64,000 bases of DNA from Schmidtea polychroa (lineage: Eukaryota): positions 187,612,001 through 187,676,000 of the forward strand of contig CM097885.1 in assembly GCA_044892525.1 (NCBI GenBank), read 5' to 3'. A program made the translations under genes and the position numbers. Of the stretch, positions 27,078 to 38,611 are shown piece by piece; the first letter of the stretch is position 1; each line of letters opens with the position of its first letter. Below the pieces are notes generated by a model. The model ran no database searches and had not been told where the DNA came from. It was given only the letters and a program-made list of their open reading frames with translations.

Positions 27078-27087
27078 TAAATATTAA
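26572..27087 (+). CDS. RING-finger-like protein (171 aa), intronless coding region, element-borne
   Basis: CLIC-x14-CKHAFCIC-x12-CPCDR resembles a C3HC4/CPxDR-type RING with shortened fifth-sixth ligand spacing; a second Cys pair occurs in WFCTNKAC. The stop codon lies in flanking hAT DNA. Confidence 0.7.
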   Translation: MEDNECLICRISMSNMAKVIFENCKHAFCICGAKRCLFSNESCPCDRGSTRSLQMINGSLSKRLEINDLISANHEMTEEELQEMFMKFPQSDKKINLLTYGYDILFNRALKKINTTPMFISRSVEQLSNLSNSIMAQSQVIGHDKWFCTNKACDMNYNEILLMCLRFKHKY

Positions 27088-27759
27088 AACTTAAAATAGA
27101 AATCGTTTAAATGCGATTGATGACATTTACATTGCGCTTTTAAAAATTGAGCCTTGCTTCCGAGAAATTATTAGAAAAAACAGCAAAAAAAATCACATTA
27201 AATTTTGTGTAGCTGTGTGTGTTACTTAAATATATTTTGAATTGTAAGTATTAAATATTAAATATAAATATTAAATAAATAAAGTATTAGAATTCATTTA
27301 AATTTTTGATATGGCGTATTATTTAAACCTGGGATCCTCCGACAAATTTAGGGGTGCTAAATCACTTTATAAAATTTAAAGGGGTGCGGGATTTGAAAAA
27401 GGTTAAGAACCCCTGATTTGCAGTAATATTATTGAGTCTATCATTTTTGGTGATTCTAGTATTCCTTTTTTGGAAATCAATATGGGTTGGAAAATATGAA
27501 CAGGATGAAGTTGTATAAATCACAATAGAAACTCCCATGTTTTTATTTTTTTCAACCGTATGTATAAACAATATAGAAATAAATATGTGCGATGATTTTG
27601 GTAAATTAATAGATTTGCGCAAAATTCAAAATTTTTTTGTGCTACATTTTCGTAAATTAGATGGCTAATTCATGTATCATTTCAATGTATAGCGGTACCC
27701 AAGCTGATGGTTAATTCCCATATTTTATTTGTAAACAATATGTATCCAGTTGGTTGCGG

Positions 27760-28572
27760 ACAATTGGTAGATTTGCACTCAGATTCTTAAACGTATAGGA
27801 ATTTTCGGTATGAAAACTACTAAATATGTGATTATGAATTGTAAAAAGATATTACCATCTCTGAAAATAAATATTTACTTCCAGGAGTCAATATTCACAT
27901 TAGGTTGTAAAGATCTGATTCTGCATTATCACTAATTAGTCTTCCCGGTCAACCAGTATGTCAAGTAGTTCATGCAAAATTACTAGTAAGAAGAGTTCAA
28001 GTTGATCCGTCGGTATTAGTTGAGTCTTAATTCTAAGCATGCAATCTATCCACTAAAAACAAAAGAAATTGTTTTATTTGCAATTATCAAAGGTGCTTCT
28101 TTATTCTATAAGGAACAAATATTTGGAGATAGAATGCCAAACATTAATCTGATAACATTTCAATCTGAAACTCAATATAATGGATCATATACTGCTTCAA
28201 ACTCAATTTTCAAAAACTTTGGTGTTACTTCTTTATCAATTTTGAAAAATGCTGATTATAGGAAACATTCAAGATTTTGATAATGATAATTACTTTCCTA
28301 CATGTGTGCAAAGTATTATGAGAAATATGGTTTATTTGGATAAAAACTTGAATTGTGGTAGAACTCTAGAAGAATTCAAAACCAAATATCCGTTCTTTAC
28401 ATTTGTTTTGGCGCCGGATTTAGATTTGATTCAGAGTCAATTACCTCAAAATGGAAATTTACGATTAGATATAAAGTTTGCATAAGCTATTGCAGAACTT
28501 ATGCATGTTATAATATATGGAGTATTTGAAAAGGTGCAAATCACTGCAAATAGAATGTTGGTTTGAACATAG
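27760..28572 (+). pseudogene. Polinton/Maverick major capsid protein remnant (C-terminal half)
   Basis: KYLLPGVNIHIRL, AKLLVRRVQVDPSV, IYPLKTKEI, YNGSYTASNSIFKNF, FTFVLAPD, GNLRLDIKFA match the Polinton double-jelly-roll MCP pattern as I recall it; stops and frameshifts are present. Confidence 0.75.
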
Positions 28573-28605
28573 TTTGGTTTGAACATAGTTTGATTTGAAC
28601 ATAGT
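28558..28605. repeat. Three tandem copies of a 16-bp unit
   Basis: TTGGTTTGAACATAGT x3 (third copy has one mismatch). Confidence 0.9.
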
Positions 28606-28769
28606 ATGAATGCGGTTGGCAATGTTAAAAAATTGTCATGGAGTAAGATTTTCGCCAGGATGTTATAAAACTATGACCGTGGGCAAAAATTTGATGAAGT
28701 CCTCTGATAAATTTATTTCATTTTTATTTATTGATCAGTTCTATTCAGGTCAATTTGAAATCACTTTTT

Positions 28770-29100
28770 AGGAAACGAGTTTGTTGGAATATATCTATTG
28801 GATAAAATACCATTTTTACCTAATATTCAAGCCATAATCGTCAATACTCATTCATCGCATCTTGGTGGTGAACATTGCATTGGAGTTTATGTAAAACCTG
28901 ACAGGAAACATGTATTTGATCCTATGGGTTCCAATTATCCTGCTTTATTGGTATCAAATTGTAAACAATGGGTACACCTCTTGTATATAATAAAACAAAT
29001 TTTTCAAAATCCAATGACTTAAGCATGTGGTCAATATTGTTTATTATGGTAATAATTAAATTTATTAAAAGGAAAACAATCGACAAATTGTTTAATTTTA
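28770..29100 (+). pseudogene. Adenain-type cysteine protease remnant (Polinton PRO)
   Basis: One frame reads FVGIYLLDKIP..IIVNTHSSHLGGEHCIGVY..FDPMG..FQNPMT*ACGQYCL, retaining the His, Asp, Gln and Cys positions; two in-frame stops. Confidence 0.82.
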
Positions 29101-32100
29101 GATTAGCACTTGCCTTATTTATTAGCATTTGTTGTATTAAATTCTAAAGTGTCTAACATCACCTTTCGCCTCAGCCCATGCATCATCATTCACCAAGTTT
29201 ATATTGCATACTTTCACTACATTTGAACCTTGTGTTCAGTCTTATATACATTCATAGACACCGCTGAGTGACTATGTTACCACATTAAAAAATAAGCCAT
29301 TCAATCATCCACCACTACAAGAACAATAACAGCGAAAATCATAATAAAATATTCGAAGTATTTTAATAAAGACAACAACATAATCACGTAATCAGTATGA
29401 ATCGGTAGCAGTGAGATTTTTTAGCTAGGGATAATGTTAAATACGATTTGGGCTTGAGCCTTAATTTAATCTGGAGACCCACAACAATTTCATGTCATCC
29501 AGACCGATCACCTCTCAATCGACATTCCGGGATAAGTCCATCTTCGAATCGATAGTTGGAATAATTCCCCATTCGTTCAAGGTAGCAGACCGCTTCGCAC
29601 TTTATCCAGTATTTTAGTCGAGAAATTGAGGTGTCGCTGGATGCAGATTCTCTGTGAGCTTCCGTTTTACCATCTTTGCAGGGGACTGAACTTTGTCGTT
29701 CATCGGATTGTAGGCTTTGAATTACTCACATGAATCGGGGGTGTCCCTTATTCGACAGCTTATTAAGTTGTAGTCTGTGGTGATCTTTATTGATATTATT
29801 TATTAAAAAACCAAAAACAGGTTATCCAGATTTTTTTTTTGTATAAAACCTACAAAAATATTTTCATTTGTAAATTAGATTTAAAGAAATTTGTATATAA
29901 ATTTAAAAAGATTTGTTTGAATATTGTATTATTATAAAATTTTGATTTTGATTCATTTGCTTGTTATTTGTCAGTTTATTAAAAATTAATTTTAAATTAT
30001 GGTTTCTAAACGATAAATTATTTTGGAATTATTGTTTGTGCTCTATATAATGCTGAACATCTTGATGTCACCAAGTCAAATTATTAATAGGATAATTAAA
30101 TTCCTTTCGTTTAAATTAATAAAATTTTGACCTAGACTTGTTTAAACTTTGATTTATTATCAAATCTTCTTTCTAACTCTTTTTGTTTGTTTTAATTAAT
30201 TAAGTAAATGGTCAAATGAGACGACCCACATAATACGTATAACGCACGAAGAATAATTAAAATTATTATGAAACACCAAATAAAACAAAAATAAGAAACA
30301 TAACAAAAGTAAAAATAAGTAAAACAAAATAATAAAATTAGAAAAAAGCAATACGTTTGCACATGAAACACATTGCTTAGGATACCTGAATAATAAATAA
30401 TATGAAAAATAAATAAAATTACCTGGGGGAAAGTCGTCATGACAAATGGGACGATCTGTGGGAACGCAGGGAAGAAAACGGAAGTAAAAAGAAGCAAGAA
30501 ATGAGAAATATAATCAAACAAAAGAAAGTAAACAAGAAATTAAAACAAAGGTCGTTATTAATTGACAAGTAAAAAAAGGGAAAGGGAATTTCAAATTCCA
30601 AAATCAAAACGGAGGAAAATTTATATCTTGACAGTTTGTCATAGAAATCGAATTCCTGGAAAAATCGGCCTAACAGAAAAAGGGAAAAGCCGACATATTT
30701 CGAAATATCTCGAAAAATGACACACAACAGCAAAAAATACTACCTTATCTATAAGAAAATGCACGAAGGAGAAAAATGGAAAAACAAAATTATCTAAAAT
30801 ACCACAAATGTTGCAAACTATAAAAGGGAAAGATACCGAGATCCGAGTTAGAAGTTAGAGTTAGTTAGAAAGGAGTTAGAAAAGAGTTAAAAAGGGAGTT
30901 AAAAGAAAAGTTAAAATGAGAATAAAGGAGTTCAGAATTAAGAAGATATATTTGGTTGAGAGGCTAACGAGAATCTTATTAAACCTAATATAAAGGTGGC
31001 AAAGAGTGAATAATTGTGGTTAAAGCAATAGAGCGATCGAGTAACGTATTCATGGGTATTAGAAGCTGCTAACACATCTTCTAAATTATTTTTAAATCCG
31101 GTTCAAAAGGTAACGTCATAATTTCAAGTATTTATTTTTAATGAAATATTGTATAATTTTCAAACAAATTTTCAGCGTTGAATAAAATATTTTCAAAACC
31201 ATTTATTAAAATTTCGATATTTAAAATATATTTATTTAAAAATTATTAACTAATAAAACTTCTTTTAAAAAGTTTGTTTAATTTTTCAATTTAAAAATTT
31301 CAATTTAAAAATTTCAATTTAAAAATTTCAATTTAAAAAATTCAATTTAAAAATTATTTTAAAAGTTAATTATTTATCATTTAAAATTATTTTAATAAAT
31401 CATTGAAATATTTAATTCTCAGATGAAAACATCTCACATTGTGATTAAATCGATCAACGATTAATGATTATTATTGTTATTGGCGAATTGCATACGTAGA
31501 CCTATTCTTCGCGTAGTGACGTAATATGTTCTGGATAGTTGTCTATATTAGAGTTTATTGACTGTAATTGCAACTTGTACAATATATTGTGATTATTAAT
31601 AAAGGTTATTTTGTTCGAATTGTAAATTTGTGAATTGATAAAGCACGGTTGGAGTCAGAGACGTAATTGTTAAATTTATAACTCATCACCGATCCAATAA
31701 ACCCAACAACATCATAGAAAGCATTAAAGCAAAAAGTAAATTGCCGAAAAATGACACACAACAGCAAAAAATACTACCTTATCTATAAGATAAGAATGGT
31801 ATGTAAAGGCGATCATTCGATCAATCAGGAATAAAAAGAAAAGAAAGAAATTAATATAAAAACAGTAAATTAAAACAAAATAAAGAAATGGACCAAGCAT
31901 AATAATTGGAATTTAAGATCAAAAATTAAAAATAAATCACGATCTAAATCACACATTATCGATCCTGATTGGTCGAATGTATTCACAGAGAAATTATATA
32001 AATGGCCATCTCGGTGGACACTACAACTTTCTACAAAAAGATTTTACTGAACCACTGTTTTATCAACCAAAAAACTACTCTTTGTTTTGTAATTCAAATT

Positions 32101-33051
32101 ACCTTTGTTTTTGTAAACCAATCTTTCGACTCTCAATTACTTTTATAAGTCTTAACCTCCTAGGCAACTTCAAAATCAGTTTTGTATTTTAACTACTTTG
32201 AAAAATCTCGAAATCAGTATTATAATTTCCAAACCACATTTTTACCTTGGGAAATTGCTGAATCTTTCGAATAGTTAGATTATTAGCTCGGAATTTGCTT
32301 ATTTGTCAAGACTTCAGAATTGTAAATTGGAAAATTCCATTAGGTAATTGAGTTGATTGTTATACGATAATATGTTATTTCATTCACTATGTATAATTAA
32401 TGCACGAATTTAGTAAAAATTAAACATTCTACTAATTACAATTTGTTCTTCTCATCGTCATTAGTATAACTAGATAAGATTTATAAAATCCTTTGTAATT
32501 TTTATCGGAGGTTCAAAACTTTTACATTTATTAATACGGGTAATTAGGGGAGTAAATATCGTGAAGGGGAGGATGAGAAGGTACTAGTTGCTTTCTCGCA
32601 GGCCAATTCACAAGACATGCTCACTAACAGTAGAATGATTTCGACGAGGGCTCTGCATAGGGATCTTGTAGTGGACACCACTGTGTATTCTCATTTTATA
32701 AAATTACCTTGTGTAAATTGAAATAGCATCGAAAGTCCTGCAAGAGTTGTTATCAATATTTGTTATCAATATCATTAGTACTATTATTATTATCATTATT
32801 ATTATTAATGTTAATGTTTTTAATATTATTATGAGCATTATTATTATTATCATTAGGCAGAGTGAATGCGTATATGTTGGATTAGTTTTTCAGTTTCCTT
32901 CCAATATGGAACTAAGTAATCCGCACTAAACCAAGTGTTGTTTTTGGTTAGTTTTTCGTAATTACTTAGGTATAAAAAATATAAAAACAAAGCAAACAAG
33001 ATTTATTTTATTAACAACCAAATTTAAAATTCTCTAAAATTCCAAAATACC

Positions 33052-36000
33052 TCAAGTATTTATATCGGGCGACATCTGAATTATAACTTTTCCTTTAATC
33101 CCGCCAGCCTGGAGACATTGGAAGGCTTCTGGAGCATTTTCAAAATTAAATTGAGCATGGACAACTGGAACAATTAGGCCTCGATCGACTAGATTGGATA
33201 TAATTGACAGATTGCTTCCGCTGGCACGAAAGAAACCCCATTGATAAAGAGCACCTCGGCTATTAATAAAATTTTTAATGATTTTCCCAGTTATTTCCAA
33301 TCCTGCAATTGGGACTCCAAAACAAGGAGAATATTTATCAGAATGTTTCAATACCGATTGTGTAATTGTTACATATCGCGATGAGGATCCCGGTCTCAAA
33401 TATGGCGCATTTCTTTCAAAGTCATCTGCAATAGTATCCAATATGACGTCATATGTTTCATTTATTGATGACAAATTATCACTGTGAATCTGGATAATAT
33501 ACAATACCAAATAGAAATTTAACAAGAAAAATGGATAAAAATCGATACATTTAAAAATCCTAATTTTATATTTTTATTGATTATTGTTATAATTTATAAT
33601 TATAATTTTTATTATTATCATTATTATTTATTTATAATATTTCTTATTTTTATTCATTGTTTATATATTATTTATAAAATATTATTATTAATATTATTAT
33701 TATTATAATTAATATTTTTATTTATTGTTTATAATTATATATTATTTATAAAATATTATTACTATTATTATTATCACTATTTATTTATTATTTTTATTTA
33801 TTTTTTATAATTAAATATTATTATTATTATATTAATTCAATTTTATAATAATATAAACAAAATAAATTACTAAAATTCATTAATAGGAAAGATATGAAAT
33901 TACATCGTATTTTAATTCGAATAATACATTAATTATATAAAGAAAATACTAAATTTATTCATCTCCTTACCGCATCTGCCCCTAATTCCATGAGCAAATC
34001 TTCAGATTCCTCCCTGCATGTTACTCCTACATAAGCATCCCACGCTTTCGCCAATTGTAATGCAATAGTTCCGACACCGCCACTACCACCAAGAATAAGA
34101 ACTTTTTTACCAGATGCAGTTCCCGCCTATATTTTTATCATATTTCATTTGCTGTTTTGAAATAACATATAAATACTCAACTGACTCATAAACTCGGGCA
34201 CTAATAATTTTAAAAGATACATGGAATTTTATCAATTATAACGGCATTAATAGGTCTAAAAATCGTCTGTTTGTTTTATTTATTCATTTTTAATTTACTT
34301 ATAGGTGGTACTTTGAGAATCCAGTAATAATTAGCACACTAGAAAAGATAAGTAGAAGGATTTGTACAATTTATAATATTGAAATTGAATTTAGAAATCA
34401 GAACTCAAAGTGCAGTGATGAGTAGAGATGAAAGGAGAATAATGGGAAATAATAATAAGAAACCGAGTTAAAAAGACAAATGACGGTCATCAAAAACAAT
34501 TAGTGGATTTTAATAAACTCTAAACAGAAGTTTAACACATTGACGGACAGTAGAGACAAGTGATATATGACGGCTATATATATATGACGGCTATAGACGC
34601 AAGTGTCCGTCAACGTGTTAAAAAACAAAAGAAAAAGTCTAAATTATAAAAGAGAATAAATTAAAGAAAATGATTAGAGTTTTCAGGGCTGTATAAACCT
34701 CGAATCGAAACTGTTTATACGGCTGACCGGCTTAAGAATTGTCTCTGAAGTCGGTGAAATCACCGATCCCGGATGCAACGAAGAATCCAGCTGACTTTCA
34801 TCGAGATGGGAGTGTCCCTGAGGCAACCGAGGTAATATCAAAATATTGCGAAGTGAAATTACGAGTCGGGAATCAGATTAGAGTAAGAGGAAAATTTGAA
34901 GCAATTTATATCTACTCTGTCGAATTATTCAATCGATAATGTGATGATTGATCACACGTCTACTCACTGATGACTACTGACAGCGACGTTGAATGATCAC
35001 AGGAAGTGTTGAATGATTTCTTTATCTGCACTCAATTTATATGCACTGCAATGATTCACTAGGCATTAAGACCGTACAGATGAGTAGAATATCAATAAAC
35101 GAAAACCTCGAAGTACATAAGTTCAAAGTACAATTTGATACCAGCACGCAAGCAATAAAATCGAATCAGAATTGCAAAGCCAGTGAAAGTGTGAAAAACA
35201 GGAATATCAACAATAATATGCCAAGCTGAAACACAGATATCTATACTGTAGAGAGATTGTTTCGAAATTTCGAATACAAATTCATGCAATTCGACGCCTT
35301 CTGAAAAAAAAATCTCGTTAAATAGAAGAGTTTCAAACAGCGTTGAATTGAATGAATTTGTATTGTAAATTTCGAATCATTCTCGTTATATAGGAGATTT
35401 TCCGAGAGCGTTGAATTGTATGAATTTTATTGTTTCTAATTTTTTATTGATTTTTTTACTTTTGTCAATTTACTATAGTAAATTATCACTATATAGTTTT
35501 TTTTAAATTTCCTTTCCCCGAGGCTACGGGAACGATGATGACCGTAAAAAAAACAAAACCTAATTGAGATATTGTTGAAAACAACAATAACGATAAAAAA
35601 ACAATCTACTACAATGGTCAATAATTTCAAGCGTGGACGAATGAGGGTGCCAAAGGCGCGAAGCCCCTCATGATTAAGGTGTCTGATACTATCAGATTTA
35701 TAGATTAAAATGGTTTAAATTGTTAACATAAATTAATATTAAATGTTGTTATTTTTATGACAAATATAGAAATGAAGATTCCATTAAAATTAAAAAGTTA
35801 AAATTTATTAAAGACTTTCAACTTTCAAGTGAACAGCAGTCAACAGTGACAGTCCTAAGAAGAGAAGGGAATTATAAGCCTAATAATTACTGTTGGGTTT
35901 TTGGTTAATTTAAGTCGGTTCCCTCTGACTCCTCGTGTCCTCTAAATCAAAACAATAACGACCAAACTTATATTGAAATAACAAAATTCACAACCTTTTC

Positions 36001-38611
36001 TCACCACTTTACAATTAATAATCTAAGTTACGTTTGACCGATTCTCAGCAGGGCGTTGATGCTTTGTAAATAGATAATATTCACCTTTTATTTCTTTAGA
36101 TTCTCTTGACCCACGTTTTCCTCTCTTTCTGTTTGATTTGATTCTTTTTCACCTTTCCGTATTCCTATTCTATGTCTTCTTTTCCCTAATCCCTTAATTC
36201 GTTTTGCCTATTCTTAACTCGGTTTCTTCTAACCCTACCTGAGGCAAAATACCGATTTGCTCTGATTTTCCCCTTCCTTATATACTCCTCGAAATCGGGA
36301 TGACAAATGGTTATTGCCGAGCCAATCTTTCACTTGACATTTGCTTCCACGTATCTGCTTCAGCTGTCACCCGTAATGGTCCAACGATCAAAGATAATTA
36401 ATGGACCGTCCGGCCTTTCTACACGCACTATCTTCTCCTTGTTCTTTTCCAAATAATTATTATGCCAAGCTAATGGGCCCAAATATTCCTTCTGTTTACT
36501 TTTCTTCTTGTTCACCCAGCTCGGGTTTCCTTCATCTCTCGGGTTCTCCATTGGCTCGGGTTTCCCATTAGCTCGGGTTTTCTATTAGCCAATTAATTAA
36601 TTAATTAACGTTTTCTGTTTTTACATATTTGAATGCTTTTCAACCCTTCCTAACCATTTTCTGATAAATTCCTAATCCTGACCATTAGCTAATCTATACC
36701 TGTCCCGTTTTCCCCATTCGATTTCGATGATTCTTTAATTTATTGATTTTTCTCGGATTTCCGGTTTCTTACCTTTCGTAATTGCTTTTGGCATTTTCTA
36801 ATACTGCTTCCATCACACTTTCCTTTATTATCGATTCTGTGCATAATCCTGCTTTTATTTGTCTTTTTTCTTCACTTACTTTTTATTTAAATTATTAACC
36901 TAAATTTCATTTAAATTTATTTTAATTTACGGCTTTCAACATTACTATCGTCTATTGTCATTTTATTTTAATAATTCGACAAATATTTGTAGATGAAAAT
37001 CCAATGGGGTTAACCCCCTAAACTCCCCCTTTGGCTACGCCACTTGTCTGCATATGTTTCAATTGATTACAACAGACTTCGAAATATCCAACTCATTGTC
37101 AGATAACTTCATGCAAACCAGCTGCTTGCTCCAAAAGTAAATAAATAGGATGAGTTGTCTGACAAACCCGATTTATCCGCAGATTTCGTTTCACCACAGA
37201 TGTTTATGTCTTGATTTAAATCTATCTAACCAACCATTAGACGCACAAAGATCTTTAATAGACATTGTTAAGCCACTTTTTTTCCAATAATTTTAAGTAC
37301 TGTTCCAATTACACAATTATCATCTTCTCTTAATTTTCAAAAAGTTTCGTAGACCATTTTATTTAAATCAATAAAATTCTTCATCGGGAATATTTTAATT
37401 TTTCCCTTATTTTCTAAAAGTGGAACAATATTTTTTCGAATTTTTGAAATAGTTCCTTTATTAGTTTGATACTTAATACAAAGCTTCCTTTCTGGCATCA
37501 TTCCTTCTTTGAGAAATTTTGCAATTTGTAACAATAATAAAAAATTCAATAAATACAGTATTTTAAACAATTAAAAATTCAAAGAAACACCAAAAATAAT
37601 TTTTAATTTTTAAAAAAAAAAAAAAAAAAAAATATCTTAAAATCACGACATAGAATAGAAAAATCGACTTTTTTAATTTTTGCCCCAAAAACCGAGCGTA
37701 TCTGGGGTCTGCCTCAAACCGGGGTCCGACTGTACAAAAAAAAAGAAAAATATAAAATGCGAAGCTTTTTGGTGGTCAGATAAAAAACAAGTACCAAAAT
37801 ATTAATAAAATTTATAAAAATAATTACAATAATAAAAATATAATTATATACTTATAAATATGAAATAAATAAAATAATATTAATATTAATTTTTATTAAT
37901 TTAATTATTTTTTATTTTATCAAAAAATAGAATTATTTGCAGTAATTAAAATTTAATAGTTACTATTTTGCATTATTATTAATACTTTTATTAATATTTT
38001 AATAATATATCATGATAAACTAATCATTATTAATTATTATTTATGATTATATTTTAATGGTTTTTTATTCTAATAATTCTAGAAACCTTCAAATTTGCAA
38101 AATCAACAAGTGCTGTATAAGCAGTCAATCCAGCATATGGAATCGCTGCAGCGTCACTGCAAGTTAATGATTGAGGCTTCAATGCCAACTGATTTTGATG
38201 ACAGACTACATAATCTGAATGCGACCCTTCCTGGAATGGCCACAGTGCTCCGATAACTTCCATTCCAGATTTAAAATATTTCACAGACCTTCCAGTTTTC
38301 ACTACAGTTCCACAAAAATCCCGACCGAGTGTTTTGGGAAATTCGTTAACATTGTAAAATTTTCCTAATATTTTGAAAAGAGATGCTCCATATCCAGTAA
38401 TAATAGACAAATCTATAGGATTCACAGAGGCCGCATCAACTTTTATTAAAACGTGATTAGGATTAGTTATTGCAGGAACTCGATAACTATTTGTTAATCT
38501 TAAATCTTTAATATCTCCAAAATTATAAATTTGCCATGCTCTCATTTTGGAATTAATAGCCTCTGTAGATGCAAAACGAATAATTATAAAACTAAATCTG
38601 TTATGTATCAT
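33052..38611 (-). CDS. RTN4IP1: Reticulon-4-interacting protein 1, mitochondrial (MDR-family NAD(P)H oxidoreductase), 372 aa; exons 38611-38087, 34126-33971, 33489-33052
   Basis: MRAWQI, AASVNPID, TLGRDFCG, AAAIPYAGLTAY, KKVLILGGSGGVGT, YQWGFFRASG, GKVII; two phase-0 GT-AG introns give a continuous frame; N-terminus resembles a basic presequence. Confidence 0.92.
34536..34617. mobile_element. piggyBac-type MITE (82 bp)
   Basis: TTAA on both sides; TIR CACATTGACGGACA versus reverse complement CACGTTGACGGACA. Confidence 0.75.
37060..37732 (-). mobile_element. pogo/Tigger transposon 5' remnant in RTN4IP1 intron 1
   Basis: TA|CAGTCGGACCCCGG terminus at 37732; psq-like HTH (KLCIKYQTNKGTISKIRKN) and CASNGWLDRFKSRH..CGE in broken frames. 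Confidence 0.75.

Larger units (their letters stand above)
25478..27415 (+). mobile_element. hAT/Buster transposon remnant (copy 3), split by the TG...CA cassette; left end not defined
   Basis: LLYHT-EVRWLSKG at about 25500, FPNLANIA*EVLVPYATTYLYKAGFSALVN ending at 26199, resuming in frame at 27083 as IKT*NRNRLNAIDD...EPCF; right TIR GGTTAAGAACCCCTG at 27401-27415. Confidence 0.85.

Noticed and set aside
26572-29100. RING ORF as an accessory gene of the neighbouring Polinton remnant
   Set aside because: The RING lies in its own TSD-bounded insert within a hAT whose C-terminus and right TIR (27083-27415) separate it from the Polinton genes.
9713-29100. Stop-codon reassignment suggested by in-frame stops in transposase, MCP and protease
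   Set aside because: Stops are of all three types and co-occur with frameshifts; the host genes have clean frames ending in TGA or TAA.
30415-30445. U1 snRNA-like 5' end (ATTACCTGGGGGAA...CATGAC)
   Set aside because: Similarity is limited to the complement of a splice donor; no U1 stem-loops or Sm site follow.
33442-33457. ATATGACGTCATAT palindrome (CRE) resembling the core of the 91-bp element
   Set aside because: It lies within RTN4IP1 coding sequence; a 14-bp match is plausible by chance.
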